Assembly: GCF_009914755.1 (NCBI RefSeq)
Contig: NC_060948.1
Direction: 5' to 3' (one strand)
Length of the DNA stretch: 64,000 bases
Origin: the human T2T-CHM13v2.0 reference genome, Homo sapiens
Positions 41,914 to 55,500 of the stretch are shown here, piece after piece. Numbering within the stretch: position 1 is the first letter of the stretch; the number at the start of each line of letters is the position of its first letter. Below the pieces are notes generated by a model. It worked only from the letters and a program-made list of their open reading frames with translations. It did not search any database and was not told the DNA's origin. The position numbers and the translations under genes are program-made.

Positions 41914-44900
41914 GAATTCATTGGAATGGAAGGGAATGTAGTGTAATGGACAGGCCTGGAATAAAGTGGAATGCTACGGTCTCGAATGGAATAAAAATGT
42001 ATGGAATGGAATGCAATGAAACGGAATCGAATGTCATAGAATGTAATGGAATGCAAAAAAATGGAATCCAAAATCATTGAATGGAAAGGCTGGGTGTCGA
42101 AAGGAATTGACTCCAATGGAATGGAATCGAATGGAATGGAAGTGAATAGAATCGAACTAAATCGAATGGAATGGAATTGATAGGAACGGAATGGAAAGGA
42201 TTGCAATGATTTGGCATGGAATGGAATCGAATGGCATCGAATGGAATGGAATGGAATGCAATGGAATGGAATGTATTAGAATGTAATGAACTTTAATGGA
42301 ATGTACTCGAATGGATTCGACTGGAATGGAATGTTCTGGAAGTGAATGGACTCCAATGGAATGGATTCAAAAGGAATGGAATCGTACGGAATGGAATCTA
42401 ATGGAATGGAATTAAATGGAAATGAATCAAATTGAATAGCACGGAATTGAATTGAATGGAATGGAATGCAATGGAATCTAATGAAACGGAAAGGAAAGGA
42501 ATGGAATGGAATGGAATGGGCTGGAATGGAAAGGAATCGAAACGAATGGAATGGAATCGAAGTGAAGAGACTGGAATGGTAATCACTGGAATGGAAGGGA
42601 GTGTAATGGAAGGTTCTCGAAAAAAATGGAATCGAATGGAATGCAATTGAATGGAACGGAATAGAGTCGAATGGAATTGAATGGAATGGAATGGACTAGA
42701 GTGAAATGGAATCGAACCACAAGGAATGGACAGGAATAGAATGGTCTCGAATTGAATGGAATCGTATGGAATGGCATCAAACGGAATGGAATGGACAGCC
42801 ACGGAATGGAATGCACTCGAATGCAATGGAGTCGAAACTAATGGACTGGAATAGAATGGACTCGACTGGTACGGACTCCAATGGAATGGAATCGAATGGA
42901 AGGGAATCGAACGTAATGGACTCGAAGGGAAAAGACTGCAATGGAAAGGTCTCGAATGGAATGGAAATTAATGGAATGGAATGGAATCGAATGAAATGGA
43001 GTCAAAAGGAATGGAATCGAATGGCAAGAAATCGAATGTAATGGAATCGCAAGGAATTGATGTGAACGGAACGGAATGGAATGGAATCCAAAGGAATGGA
43101 ATAGAATGGAATGGAAACGAATGGAAAGGACTCCAATGGAAATCACTCGAATAGAATGCAATTTAATAAAATAGGATCAAATGTAATAGAATGGAACGGA
43201 AAGGAATCGAAACGGAAGGAATGGAGACAGATGGAATGGAATGGAACAGAGAGCAATGGTATAGAATGGAATGGAATCATCTGGAATGGAATTGAATGGA
43301 ATGGAATGATATGAAATGGAATGGAATGGAATGGAATGGAATGCCCTTGAATTAAATGGACTGGACTCGAACAGAGTGGAATGGAAAGTGTTGAGATAGA
43401 ATGGAATGGACTCCTTTGGAATGGTGTAGTATGCAATGCAATCGACTGGCAGGGAATCAAAAGGAATGTAATCGAATGGATTGGACTGGAATGCAATGGA
43501 CTCGAATAGATTGGAAACGGAATGCAAAGGAATGGAATGGAATAGTATGGAATGCAATGGAAGGGAATGGAGTGGAATAGACTAGAGTGGAATGGAATGG
43601 ACTGGAAAGCAATGGAGTGGAATGGAACTTTCTTGGATGGACTGGAATCAAACGGAATGGAATGCAATGCAATCAAATGGCATGGAATAAAATAGAATGA
43701 AAGAGAATCAAATGGAATTGAATCGAATGGAATCGAATGGATTGGAAAGGAATAGAATGGAATGGAATGGAATTGACTCAAATGGAATGGACTAGAATGG
43801 AATGGATTCGAATGGAAGGCAAAGGAATGGAATCTATTGGAATGGACTGTAATGGAATGGAATGGAAGGGATTGGAATGGACTCGAATGGAATGGACTGC
43901 AATAGAAAGGATTCGAATGGAATGAAAAAGAATTGAATGGAATAGAACAGAATGGAATCAAATCGAATGGAATGGAATGGAATAGAAAGGAATGGAATGA
44001 AATGGAATGGAAAGGATTCGAATGGAATGCAATCGAATGGAATGGAATCGAACGGAATGGAATAAAATGGAAGAAAACTGGCAAGAAATGGAATCGAAAT
44101 GAATGGAGTGTTATGGAACGGACTCAAAAGGAATTGAATGTAATAGAATGGAGTGGAGTGGACTCGAATATAATGGACTGGAATGGAATGAAATCACATG
44201 GAATGGGAACGAATGGAATGGAATGGAAAGGAATGGAATCGAATGGAAAGGAATCGAATGGAAGGGAATGAAATTGAATCAACAGGAATGGAAGGGAATA
44301 GAATAGACTGTAATGGAATGGACTCGAATAGAATGGACACGAATGCTCAAATTAAATGGACTCGAATGGAATGGAAACGAAAGGAATGTCATCGAATGGA
44401 ATTGAATCGATTGGAATGAAATCGCATAGAATGGAGTGGAATCAAATGGAATTGAATCGAAAGGAAAGGAAGCGAATGGACTGAAATGAAATGGAATGGA
44501 ATTGAATGGAAAGTAATGCAATGGAATAGAATGGAACGAAATTTCACGGAATGGAATCAAACTGAATGGAATCAAATCAATGGAATCAAATCAAATGGAA
44601 TGGAAAGGAATTGAATGGAGTAGATGGGATTGGATGGGATTGGAATGAAATGTACTGGAAAGGACTCGAATTTCATGAAACGGAATGGAATGAATTGGAA
44701 CGGAATGGACTCGAATGGAATGGAATGTCATGGAATGGCATCAAATGGAATGGCATCAAATGGAATGGAATCGAATGCAATGGAATGCTATGGAATGGAA
44801 TGGAATGCATTGGAATGGAATGTCCTCTAATGGAATGGATTCGAGAGAAATGGAATTGAATGTAATGGAGTCGAATGAAATGGAATTGAAAGGAATGGGA

Positions 44901-45472
44901 TCGAATACAATGGAATATACTGGAATGTAACGTAATGAACTCGAATGTAATTGACTGGAATGGAATGTACATGAATGGAATGTAATCGAATGGAAAGTAA
45001 TCCAATGGAATAGAATCTAATGCAATAAAATCGACTCAGATAGAGTAGAATGTAATGGAATGGAGTGCAGTGCAATGGAATGGAATGGAATGGAATGCAA
45101 TGGAATGGAATGGAATGGAATGGAATGGAATGGAATGGAATGGAATGGGATGGAATGGTATGGAATGGATAGTAATGGACTGGAATGAAATGGACTGGAA
45201 AAGAATGGACTCAAATTGAAAGGGCTCGAAAGGAATGGAGTCAAATGGAATGGTCTGGAATGGAATGAACACGAATGTAATGCAATCCAATAGAATGGAA
45301 TCGAATGGCATGGAATATAAAGAAATGGAATCGAAGAGAATGGAAACAAATGGAATGGAATTGAATGGAATGGAATTGAATGGAATGGGAACGAATGGAG
45401 TGAAATTGTATGCAGTAGAAGAGAATAGAATGGAATGCAAGCGAAAGGAAAGGAATGGATTGGAATGGAATG
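41914..45472 (+). repeat. Unit U13, 3559 bp (type B copy)
   Basis: EcoRI spacing. TCGAGAGAAA at 44841. Confidence 0.9.
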
Positions 45473-48400
45473 GAATTCATTGGAATGGAAGGGAATGTAG
45501 TGTAATGGACAGGCCTGGAATAAAGTGGAATGCTACGGTCTCGAATGGAATAAAAATGTATGGAATGGAATGCAATGAAACGGAATCGAATGTCATAGAA
45601 TGTAATGGAATGCAAAAAAATGGAATCCAAAATCATTGACTGGAAAGGCTGGGTGTCGAAAGGAATTGACTCCAATGGAATGGAATCGAATGGAATGGAA
45701 GTGAATAGAATCGAACTAAATCGAATGGAATGGAATTGATAGGAACGGAATGGAAAGGAATGCAATGATTTGGCATGGAATGGAATCGAATGGCATCGAA
45801 TGGAATGGAATGGAATGCAATGGAATGGAATGTATTAGAATGTAATGAACATTAATGGAATGTACTCGAATGGATTCGACTGGAATGGAATGTTCTGGAA
45901 GTGAATGGACTCCAATGGAATGGATTCGAAAGGAATGGAATCGAACGGAATGGAATCTAATGGAATGGAATTAAATGGAAATGAATCAAATTGAATAGCA
46001 CGGAATTGAATTGAATGGAATGGAATGCAATGGAATCTAATGAAACGGAAAGGAAAGGAATGGAATGGAATGGAATGGGCTGGAATGGAAAGGAATCGAA
46101 ACGAATGGAATGGAATCGAACTGAAGAGACTGGAATGGAATGCACTGGAATGGAAGGGAGTGTAATGGAAGGTTCTCGAAAATAATGGAAGCAAATGGAA
46201 TGGAATTGAATGGAACGGAATAGAGTCGAATGGAATTGAATGGAATGGAATGGACTAGAGTGAAATGGAATCGAACCACAAGGAATGGACAGGAATAGAA
46301 TGGTCTCGAATTGAATGGAATCGTATGGAATGGCATCAAACGGAATGGAATGGACAGCCACGGAATGGAATGCACTCGAATGCAATGGAGTCGAAACTTA
46401 TGGACTGGAATAGAATGGACTCGACTGGTACGGACTCCAATGGAATGGAATCGAATGGAAGGGATTCGAACGGAATGGACTCGAAGGGAAAAGACTGCAA
46501 TGGATAGGTCTCGAATGGAATGGAAATTAATGGAATGGAATGGAATCGAATGAAATGGAGTCAAAAGGAATGGAATCGAATGGCAAGAAATCGAATGTAA
46601 TGGAATCGCAAGGAATTGATGTGAACGGAACGGAATGGAATGGAATCCAAAGGAATGGAATAGAATGGAATGGAATCGAATGGAAAGGACTCCAATGGAA
46701 ATCACTCGAATAGAATGCAATTTAATAAAATAGGATCAAATGTAATTGAATGGAATGGAAAGGAATCGAAACGAAAGGAATGGAGACAGATGGAATGGAA
46801 TGGAACAGAGAGCAATGGTATAGAATGGAATGGAATCATCTGGAATGGAATTGAATGGAATGGAATAATATGAAATGGAATGGAATGGAATGGAATGGAA
46901 TGCCCTTGAATTAAATGGACTGGAATGGAATGGACTCGAACAGAGTGGAATGGAAAGTGTTGAGATAGAATGGAATGGACTCCTTTGGAATGGTCTAGTA
47001 TGCAATGCAATCGACTGGCAGGGAATCAAAAGGAATGTAATCGAATGGATTAGACTGGAATGCAATGGACTCGAATAGATTGGAAACGGAATGCAAAGGA
47101 ATGGAATGGAATAGTATGGAATGGAATGGAAAGGAATGGAGTGGAATAGACTAGAGTGGAATGGAATGGACTGGAAAGCAATGGACTGGAATGGAACTTT
47201 CTTGAATGGACTGGAATCAAACGGAATGGAATGCAATGCAATCAAATGGCATGGAATAAAATAGAATGAAAGAGAATCAAATGGAATTGAATCGAATGGA
47301 ATCGAATGGATTGGAAAGGAATAGAATGGAATGGAATGGAATGGACTCAAATGGAATGGACTAGAATGGAATGGATTCGAATGGAAGGCAAAGGAATGGA
47401 ATCTATTGGAATGGACTGTAATGGAATGGAATGGAAGGGATTGGAATGGACTCGAATGGAATGGACTGCAATAGAAAGGATTCGAATGGAATGAAAAAGA
47501 ATTGAATGGAATAGAACAGAATGGAATCAAATCGAATGAAATGGAATGGAATAGAAAGGAATGGAATGAAATGGAATGGAAAGGATTCGAATGGAATGCA
47601 ATCGAATGGAATGGAATCGAACGGAATGGAATAAAATGGAAGAAAACTGGCAAGAAATGGAATCGAAATGAATGGAGTGTTATGGAACGGACTCAAAAGG
47701 AATTGAATGTAATAGAATGGAGTGGAGTGGACTCGAATATAATGGACTGGAATGGAATGAAATCACATGGAATGGGAACGAATGGAATGGAATGGAAAGG
47801 AATGGAATCGAATGGAAAGGAATCGAATGGAAGGGAATGAAATTGAATCAACAGGAATGGAAGGGAATAGAATAGACGGTAATGGAATGGACTCGAATAG
47901 AATGGACACGAATGCTCAAATTGAATGGACTCGAATGGAATGGAAACGAAAGGAATGTCATCGAATGGAATTGAATCGATTGGAATGAAATCGCATAGAA
48001 TGGAGTGGAATCAAATGGAATTGAATCGAAAGGAAAGGAAGCGAATGGACTGAAATGAAATGGAATGGAATTGAATGGAAAGTAATGCAATGGAATAGAA
48101 TGGAACGAAATTTCACGGAATGGAATCAAACTGAATGGAATCAAATCAATGGAATCAAATCAAATGGAATGGAAAGGAATTGAATGGAGTAGATTGGATT
48201 GGATGGGATTGGAATGAAATGTACTGGAAAGGACTCGAATTTCATGAAACGGAATGGAATGAATTGGAACGGAATGGACTCGAATGGAATGGAATGTCAT
48301 GGAATGGCATCAAATGGAATGGCATCAAATGGAATGGAATCGAATGCAATGGAATGCTATGGAATGGAATGGAATGCATTGGAATGGAATGTCCTCTAAT

Positions 48401-49031
48401 GGAATGGATTCGAGTGGAATGGAATCGAATATAATGGAGTCGAATGAAATGGAATTGAAAGGAATGGGATCGAATACAATGGAATATACTGGAATGTAAT
48501 GTAATGAACTCGAATGTAATTGACTGGAATGGAATGTACATGAATGGAATGTAATCGAATGGAAAGTAATCCAATGGAATAGAATCTAATGCAATAAAAT
48601 CGACTCAGATAGAGTAGAATGTAATGGAATGGAGTGCAGTGCAATGGAATGGAATGGAATGGAATGCAATGGAATGGAATGGAATGGAACGGAATGGAAT
48701 GGAATGGGATGGAATGGTACGGAATGGACAGTAATGGACTGGAATGAAATGGACTGGAAAAGAATGGACTCAAATTGAAAGGGCTCGAAAGGAATGGAGT
48801 CAAATGGAATAGTCTGGAATGGAATGAACACGAATGTAATGCAATCCAATAGAATGGAATCGAATGGCATGGAATATAAAGAAATGGAATCGAAGAGAAT
48901 GGAAACAAATGGAATGGAATTGAATGGAATGGAATTGAATGGAATGGGAAGGAATGGAGTGAAATTGTATGCAGTAGAAGAGAATAGAATGGAATGCAAG
49001 CGAAAGGAAAGGAATGGATTGCAATGGAATG
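45473..49031 (+). repeat. Unit U14, 3559 bp (type C copy)
   Basis: EcoRI spacing. TGGATAGGTC at 46501. Confidence 0.9.
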
Positions 49032-52000
49032 GAATTCATTGGAATGGAAGGGAATGTAGTGTAATGGACAGGCCTGGAATAAAGTGGAATGTTACGGTCT
49101 CGAATGGAATAAAAATGTATGGAATGGAATGCAATGAAACGGAATCGAATGTCATAGAATGTAATGGAATGCAAAAAAATGGAATCCAAAATCATTGACT
49201 GGAAAGGCTGGGTGTCGAAAGGAATTGACTCCAATGGAATGGAATCGAATGGAATGGAAGTGAATAGAATCGAACTAAATCGAATGGAATGGAATTGATA
49301 GGAACGGAATGGAAAGGAATGCAATGATTTGGCATGGAATGCAATCGAATGGCATCGAATGGAATGGAATGGAATGCAATGGAATGGAATGTATTAGAAT
49401 GTAATGAACATTAATGGAATGTACTCGAATGGATTCGACTGGAATGGAATGTTCTGGAAGTGAATGGACTCCAATGGAATGGATTCGAAAGGAATGGAAT
49501 CGAACGGAATGGAATCTAATGGAATGGAATTAAATGGAAATGAATCAAATTGAATAGCACGGAATTGAATTGAATGGAATCGAATGCAATGGAATCTAAT
49601 GAAACGGAAAGGAAAGGAATGGAATGGAATGGAATGGGCTGGAATGGAAAGGAATCGAAACGAATGGAATGGAATCGAACTGAAGAGACTGGAATGGAAT
49701 GCACTGGAATGGAAGGGAGTGTAATGGAAGGTTCTCGAAAATAATGGAAGCAAATGGAATGGAATTGAATGGAACGGAATAGAGTCGAATGGAATTGAAT
49801 GGAATGGAATGGACTAGAGTGAAATGGAATCGAACCACAAGGAATGGACAGGAATAGAATGGTCTCGAATTGAATGGAATCGTATGGAATGGCATCAAAC
49901 GGAATGGAATGGACAGCCACGGAATGGAATGCACTCGAATGCAATGGAGTCGAAACTTATGGACTGGAATAGAATGGACTCGACTGGTACGGACTCCAAT
50001 GGAATGGAATCGAATGGAAGGGATTCGAACGGAATGGACTCGAAGGGAAAAGACTGCAATGGAAAGGTCTCGAATGGAATGGAAATTAATGGAATGGAAT
50101 GGAATCGAATGAAATGGAGTCAAAAGGAATGGAATCGAATGGCAAGAAATCGAATGTAATGGAATCGGAAGGAATTGATGTGAACGGAACGGAATGGAAT
50201 GGAATCCAAAGGAATGGAATAGAATGGAATGGAATCGAATGGAAAGGACTCGAATGGAAATCACTCGAATGGAATGAAATTTAATAAAATAGGATCAAAT
50301 GTAATTGAATGGAATGGAAAGGAATCGAAACGAAAGGAATGGAGACAGATGGAATGGAATGGAACAGAGAGCAATGGTATAGAATGGAATGGAATCATCT
50401 GGAATGGAATTGAATGGAATGGAATAATATGAAATGGAATGGAATGGAATGGAATGGAATGCCCTTGAATTAAATGGACTGGAATGGAATGGACTCGAAC
50501 AGAGTGGAATGGAAAGTGTTGAGATAGAATGGAATGGACTCTTTTAGAATGGTCTAGTATGCAATGCAATCGACTGGCAGGGAATCAAAAGGAATGTAAT
50601 CGAATGGATTGGACTGGAATGCAATGGACTCGAATAGATTGGAAACGGAATGCAAAGGAATGGAATGGAATAGTATGGAATGGAATGGAAAGGAATGGAG
50701 TGGAATAGACTAGAGTGGAATGGAATGGACTGGAAAGCAATGGACTGGAATGGAACTTTCTTGAATGGACTGGAATCAAACGGAATGGAATGCAATGCAA
50801 TCAAATGGCATGGAATAAAATAGAATGAAAGAGAATCAAATGGAATTGAATCGAATGGAATCGAGTGGATTGGAAAGGAATAGAATGGAATGGAATGGAA
50901 TTGACTCAAATGGAATGGACTAGAATGGAATGGATTCGAATGGAAGGCAAAGGAATGGAATCTATTGGAATGGACAGTAATGGAATGGAATGGAAGGGAT
51001 TGGAATGGACTCGAATGGAATGGACTGCAATAGAAAGGATTCGAATGGAATGAAAAAGAATTGAATGGAATAGAACAGAATGGAATCAAATCGAATGAAA
51101 TGGAATGGAATAGAAAGGAATGGAATGAAATGGAATGGAAAGGATTCGAATGGAATGCAATCGAATGGAATGGAATCGAACGGAATGGAATAAAATGGAA
51201 GAAAACTGGCAAGAAATGGAATCGAAATGAATGGAGTGTTATGGAACGGACTCAAAAGGAATTGAATGTAATAGAATGGAGTGGAGTGGACTCGAATATA
51301 ATGAACTGGAATGGAATGAAATCACATGGAATGGGAACGAATGGAATGGAATGGAAAGGAATGGAATCGAATGGAAAGGAATCGAATGGAAGGGAATGAA
51401 ATTGAATCAACAGGAATGGAAGGGAATAGAATAGACGGTAATGGAATGGACTCGAATAGAATGGACACGAATGCTCAAATTGAATGGACTCGAATGGAAT
51501 GGAAACAAAAGGAATGTCATCGAATGGAATTGAATCGATTGGAATGAAATCGCATAGAATGGAGTGGAATCAAATGGAATTGAATCGAAAGGAAAGGAAG
51601 CGAATGGACTGAAATGAAATGGAATGGAATTGAATGGAAAGTAATGCAATGGAATAGAATGGAACGAAATTTCACGGAATGGAATCAAACTGAATGGAAT
51701 CAAATCAATGGAATCAAATCAAATGGAATGGAAAGGAATTGAATGGAGTAGATTGGATTGGATGGGATTGGAATGAAATGTACTGGAAAGGACTCGAATT
51801 TCATGAAACGGAATGGAATGAATTGGAACGGAATGGACTCGAATAGAATGGAATGTCATGGAATGGCATCAAATGGAATGGCATCAAATGGAATGGAATC
51901 GAATGCAATGGAATGCTATGGAATGGAATGGAATGCATTGGAATGGAATGTCCTCTAATGGAATGGATTCGAGTGGAATGGAATCGAATATAATGGAGTC

Positions 52001-52575
52001 GAATGAAATGGAATTGAAAGGAATGGGATCGAATACAATGGAATATACTGGAATGTAATGTAATGAACTCGAATGTAATTGACTGGAATGGAATGTACAT
52101 GAATGGAATGTAATCGAATGGAAAGTAATCCAATGGAATAGAATCTAATGCAATAAAATCGACTCAGATAGAGTAGAATGTAATGGAATGGAGTGCAGTG
52201 CAATGGAATGGAATGGAATGGAGTGCAATGGAATGGAATGGAATGGAATGGGATGGAATGGTATGGAATGGATAGTAATGGACTGGAATGAAATGGACTG
52301 GAAAAGAATGGACTCAAATTGAAAGGGCTCGAAAGGAATGGAGTCAAATGGAATGGTCTGGAATGGAATGAACACGAATGTAATGCAATCCAATAGAATG
52401 GAATCGAATGGCATGGAATATAAAGAAATGGAATCGAAGAGAATGGAAACAAATGGAATGGAATTGAATGGAATGGAATTGAATGGAATGGGAACGAATG
52501 GAGTGAAATTGTATGCAGTAGAAGAGAATAGACTGGAATGCAAGCGAAAGGAAAGGAATGGATTGCAATGGAATG
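49032..52575 (+). repeat. Unit U15, 3544 bp (type D copy)
   Basis: EcoRI spacing. CTTTTAGAAT at 50541. Confidence 0.9.
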
Positions 52576-55500
52576 GAATTCATTGGAATGGAAGGGAATG
52601 TAGTGTAATGGACAGGCCTGGAATAAAGTGGAATGCTACGGTCTCGAATGGAATAAAAATGTATGGAATGGAATGCAATGAAACGGAATCGAATGTCATA
52701 GAATGTAATGGAATGCAAAAAAATGGAATCCAAAATCATTGACTGGAAAGGCTGGGTGTCGAAAGGAATTGACTCCAATGGAATGGAATCGAATGGAATG
52801 GAAGTGAATAGAATCGAACTAAATCGAATGGAATGGAATTGATAGGAACGGAATGGAAAGGAATGCAATGATTTGGCATGGAATGGAATCGAATGGCATC
52901 GAATGGAATGGAATGGAATGCAATGGAATGGAATGTATTAGAATGTAATGAACATTAATGGAATGTACTCGAATGGATTCGACTGGAATGGAATGTTCTG
53001 GAAGTGAATGGACTCCAATGGAATGGATTCGAAAGGAATGGAATCGAACGGAATGGAATCTAATGGAATGGAATTAAATGGAAATGAATCAAATTGAATA
53101 GCACGGAATTGAATTGAATGGAATGGAATGCAATGGAATCTAATGAAACGGAAAGGAAAGGAATGGAATGGAATGGAATGGGCTGGAATGGAAAGGAATC
53201 GAAACGAATGGAATGGAATCGAACTGAAGAGACTGGAATCGAATGCACTGGAATCGAAGGGAGTGTAATGGAAGGTTCTCGAAAATAATGGAAGCAAATG
53301 GAATGGAATTGAATGGAACGGAATAGAGTCGAATGGAATTGAATGGAATGGAATGGACTAGAGTGAAATGGAATCGAACCACAAGGAATGGACAGGAATA
53401 GAATGGTCTCGAATTGAATGGAATCGTATGGAATGGCATCAATCGGAATGGAATGGACAGCCACGGAATGGAATGCACTCGAATGCAATGGAGTCGAAAC
53501 TTATGGACTGGAATAGAATGGACTCGACTGGTACGGACTCCAATAGAATGGAATCGAATGGAAGGGATTCGAACGGAATGGACTCGAAGGGAAAAGACTG
53601 CAATGGAAAGGTCTCGAATGGAATGGAAATTAATGGAATGGAATGGAATCGAATGAAATGGAGTCAAAAGGAATGGAATCGAATGGCAAGAAATCGAATG
53701 TAATGGAATCGCAAGGAATTGATGTGAACGGAACGGAATGGAATGGAATCCAAAGGAATGGAATAGAATGGAATGGAATCGAATGGAAAGGACTCGAATG
53801 GAAATCACTCGAATAGAATGAAATTTAATAAAATAGGATCAAATGTAATTGAATGGAATGGAAAGGAATCGAAACGAAAGGAATGGAGACAGATGGAATG
53901 GAATGGAACAGAGAGCAATGGTATAGAATGGAATGGAATCATCTGGAATGGAATTGAATGGAATGGAATAATATGAAATGTAATGGAATGGAATGGAATG
54001 GAATGCCCTTGAATTAAATGGACTGGAATGGAATGGACTCGAACAGAGTGGAATGGAAAGTGTTGAGATAGAATGGAATGGACTCCTTTGGAATGGTCTA
54101 GTATGCAATGCAATCGACTGGCCGGGAATCAAAAGGAATGTAATCGAATGGATTAGACTGGAATGCAATGGACTCGAATAGATTGGAAACGGAATGCAAA
54201 GGAATGGAATGGAATAGTATGGAATGGAATGGAAAGGAATGGAGTGGAATAGACTAGAGTGGAATGGAATGGACTGGAAAGCAATGGACTGGAATGGAAC
54301 TTTCTTGAATGGACTGGAATCAAACGGAATGGAATGCAATGCAATCAAATGGCATGGAATAAAATAGAATGAAAGAGAATCAAATGGAATTGAATCGAAT
54401 GGAATCGAATGGATTGGAAAGGAATAGAATGGAATGGAATGGAATTGACTCAAATGGAATGGACTAGAATGGAATGGATTCGAATGGAAGGCAAAGGAAT
54501 GGAATCTATTGGAATGGACTGTAATGGAATGGAATGGAAGGGATTGGAATGGACTCGAATGGAATGGACTGCAATAGAAAGGATTCGAATGGAATGAAAA
54601 AGAATTGAATGGAATAGAACAGAATGGAATCAAATCGAATGAAATGGAATGGAATAGAAAGGAATGGAATGAAATGGAATGGAAAGGATTCGAATGGAAT
54701 GCAATCGAATGGAATGGAATCGAACGGAATGGAATAAAATGGAAGAAAACTGGCAAGAAATGGAATCGAAATGAATGGAGTGTTATGGAACGGACTCAAA
54801 AGGAATTGAATGTAATAGAATGGAGTGGAGTGGACTCGAATATAATGGACTGGAATGGAATGAAATCACATGGAATGGGAACGAATGGAATGGAATGGAA
54901 AGGAATGGAATCGAATGGAAAGGAATCGAATGGAAGGGAATGAAATTGAATCAACAGGAATGGAAGGGAATAGAATAGACGGTAATGGAATGGACTCGAA
55001 TAGAATGGACACGAATGCTCAAATTGAATGGACTCGAATGGAATGGAAACGAAAGGAATGTCATCGAATGGAATTGAATCGATTGGAATGAAATCGCATA
55101 GAATGGAGTGGAATCAAATGGAATTGAATCGAAAGGAAAGGAAGCGAATGGACTGAAATGAAATGGAATGGAATTGAATGGAAAGTAATGCAATGGAATA
55201 GAATGGAACGAAATTTCACGGAATGGAATCAAACTGAATGGAATCAAATCAATGGAATCAAATCAAATGGAATGGAAAGGAATTGAATGGAGTAGATTGG
55301 ATTGGATGGGATTGGAATGAAATGTACTGGAAAGGACTCGAATTTCATGAAACGGAATGGAATGAATTGGAACGGAATGGACTCGAATGGAATGGAATGT
55401 CATGGAATGGCATCAAATGGAATGGCATCAAATGGAATGGAATCGAATGCAATGGAATGCTATGGAATGGAATGGAATGCATTGGAATGGAATGTCCTCT

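Larger units (their letters stand above)
24351..53124 (+). repeat. Tandem duplication of a ~14.2 kb four-unit block (maximal bounds given)
   Basis: Private variants recur at offsets of 14205, 14210 and 14220. The ORF track repeats with identical translations at the same offsets (31615/45835, 35174/49394, 38118/52338). Confidence 0.92.
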
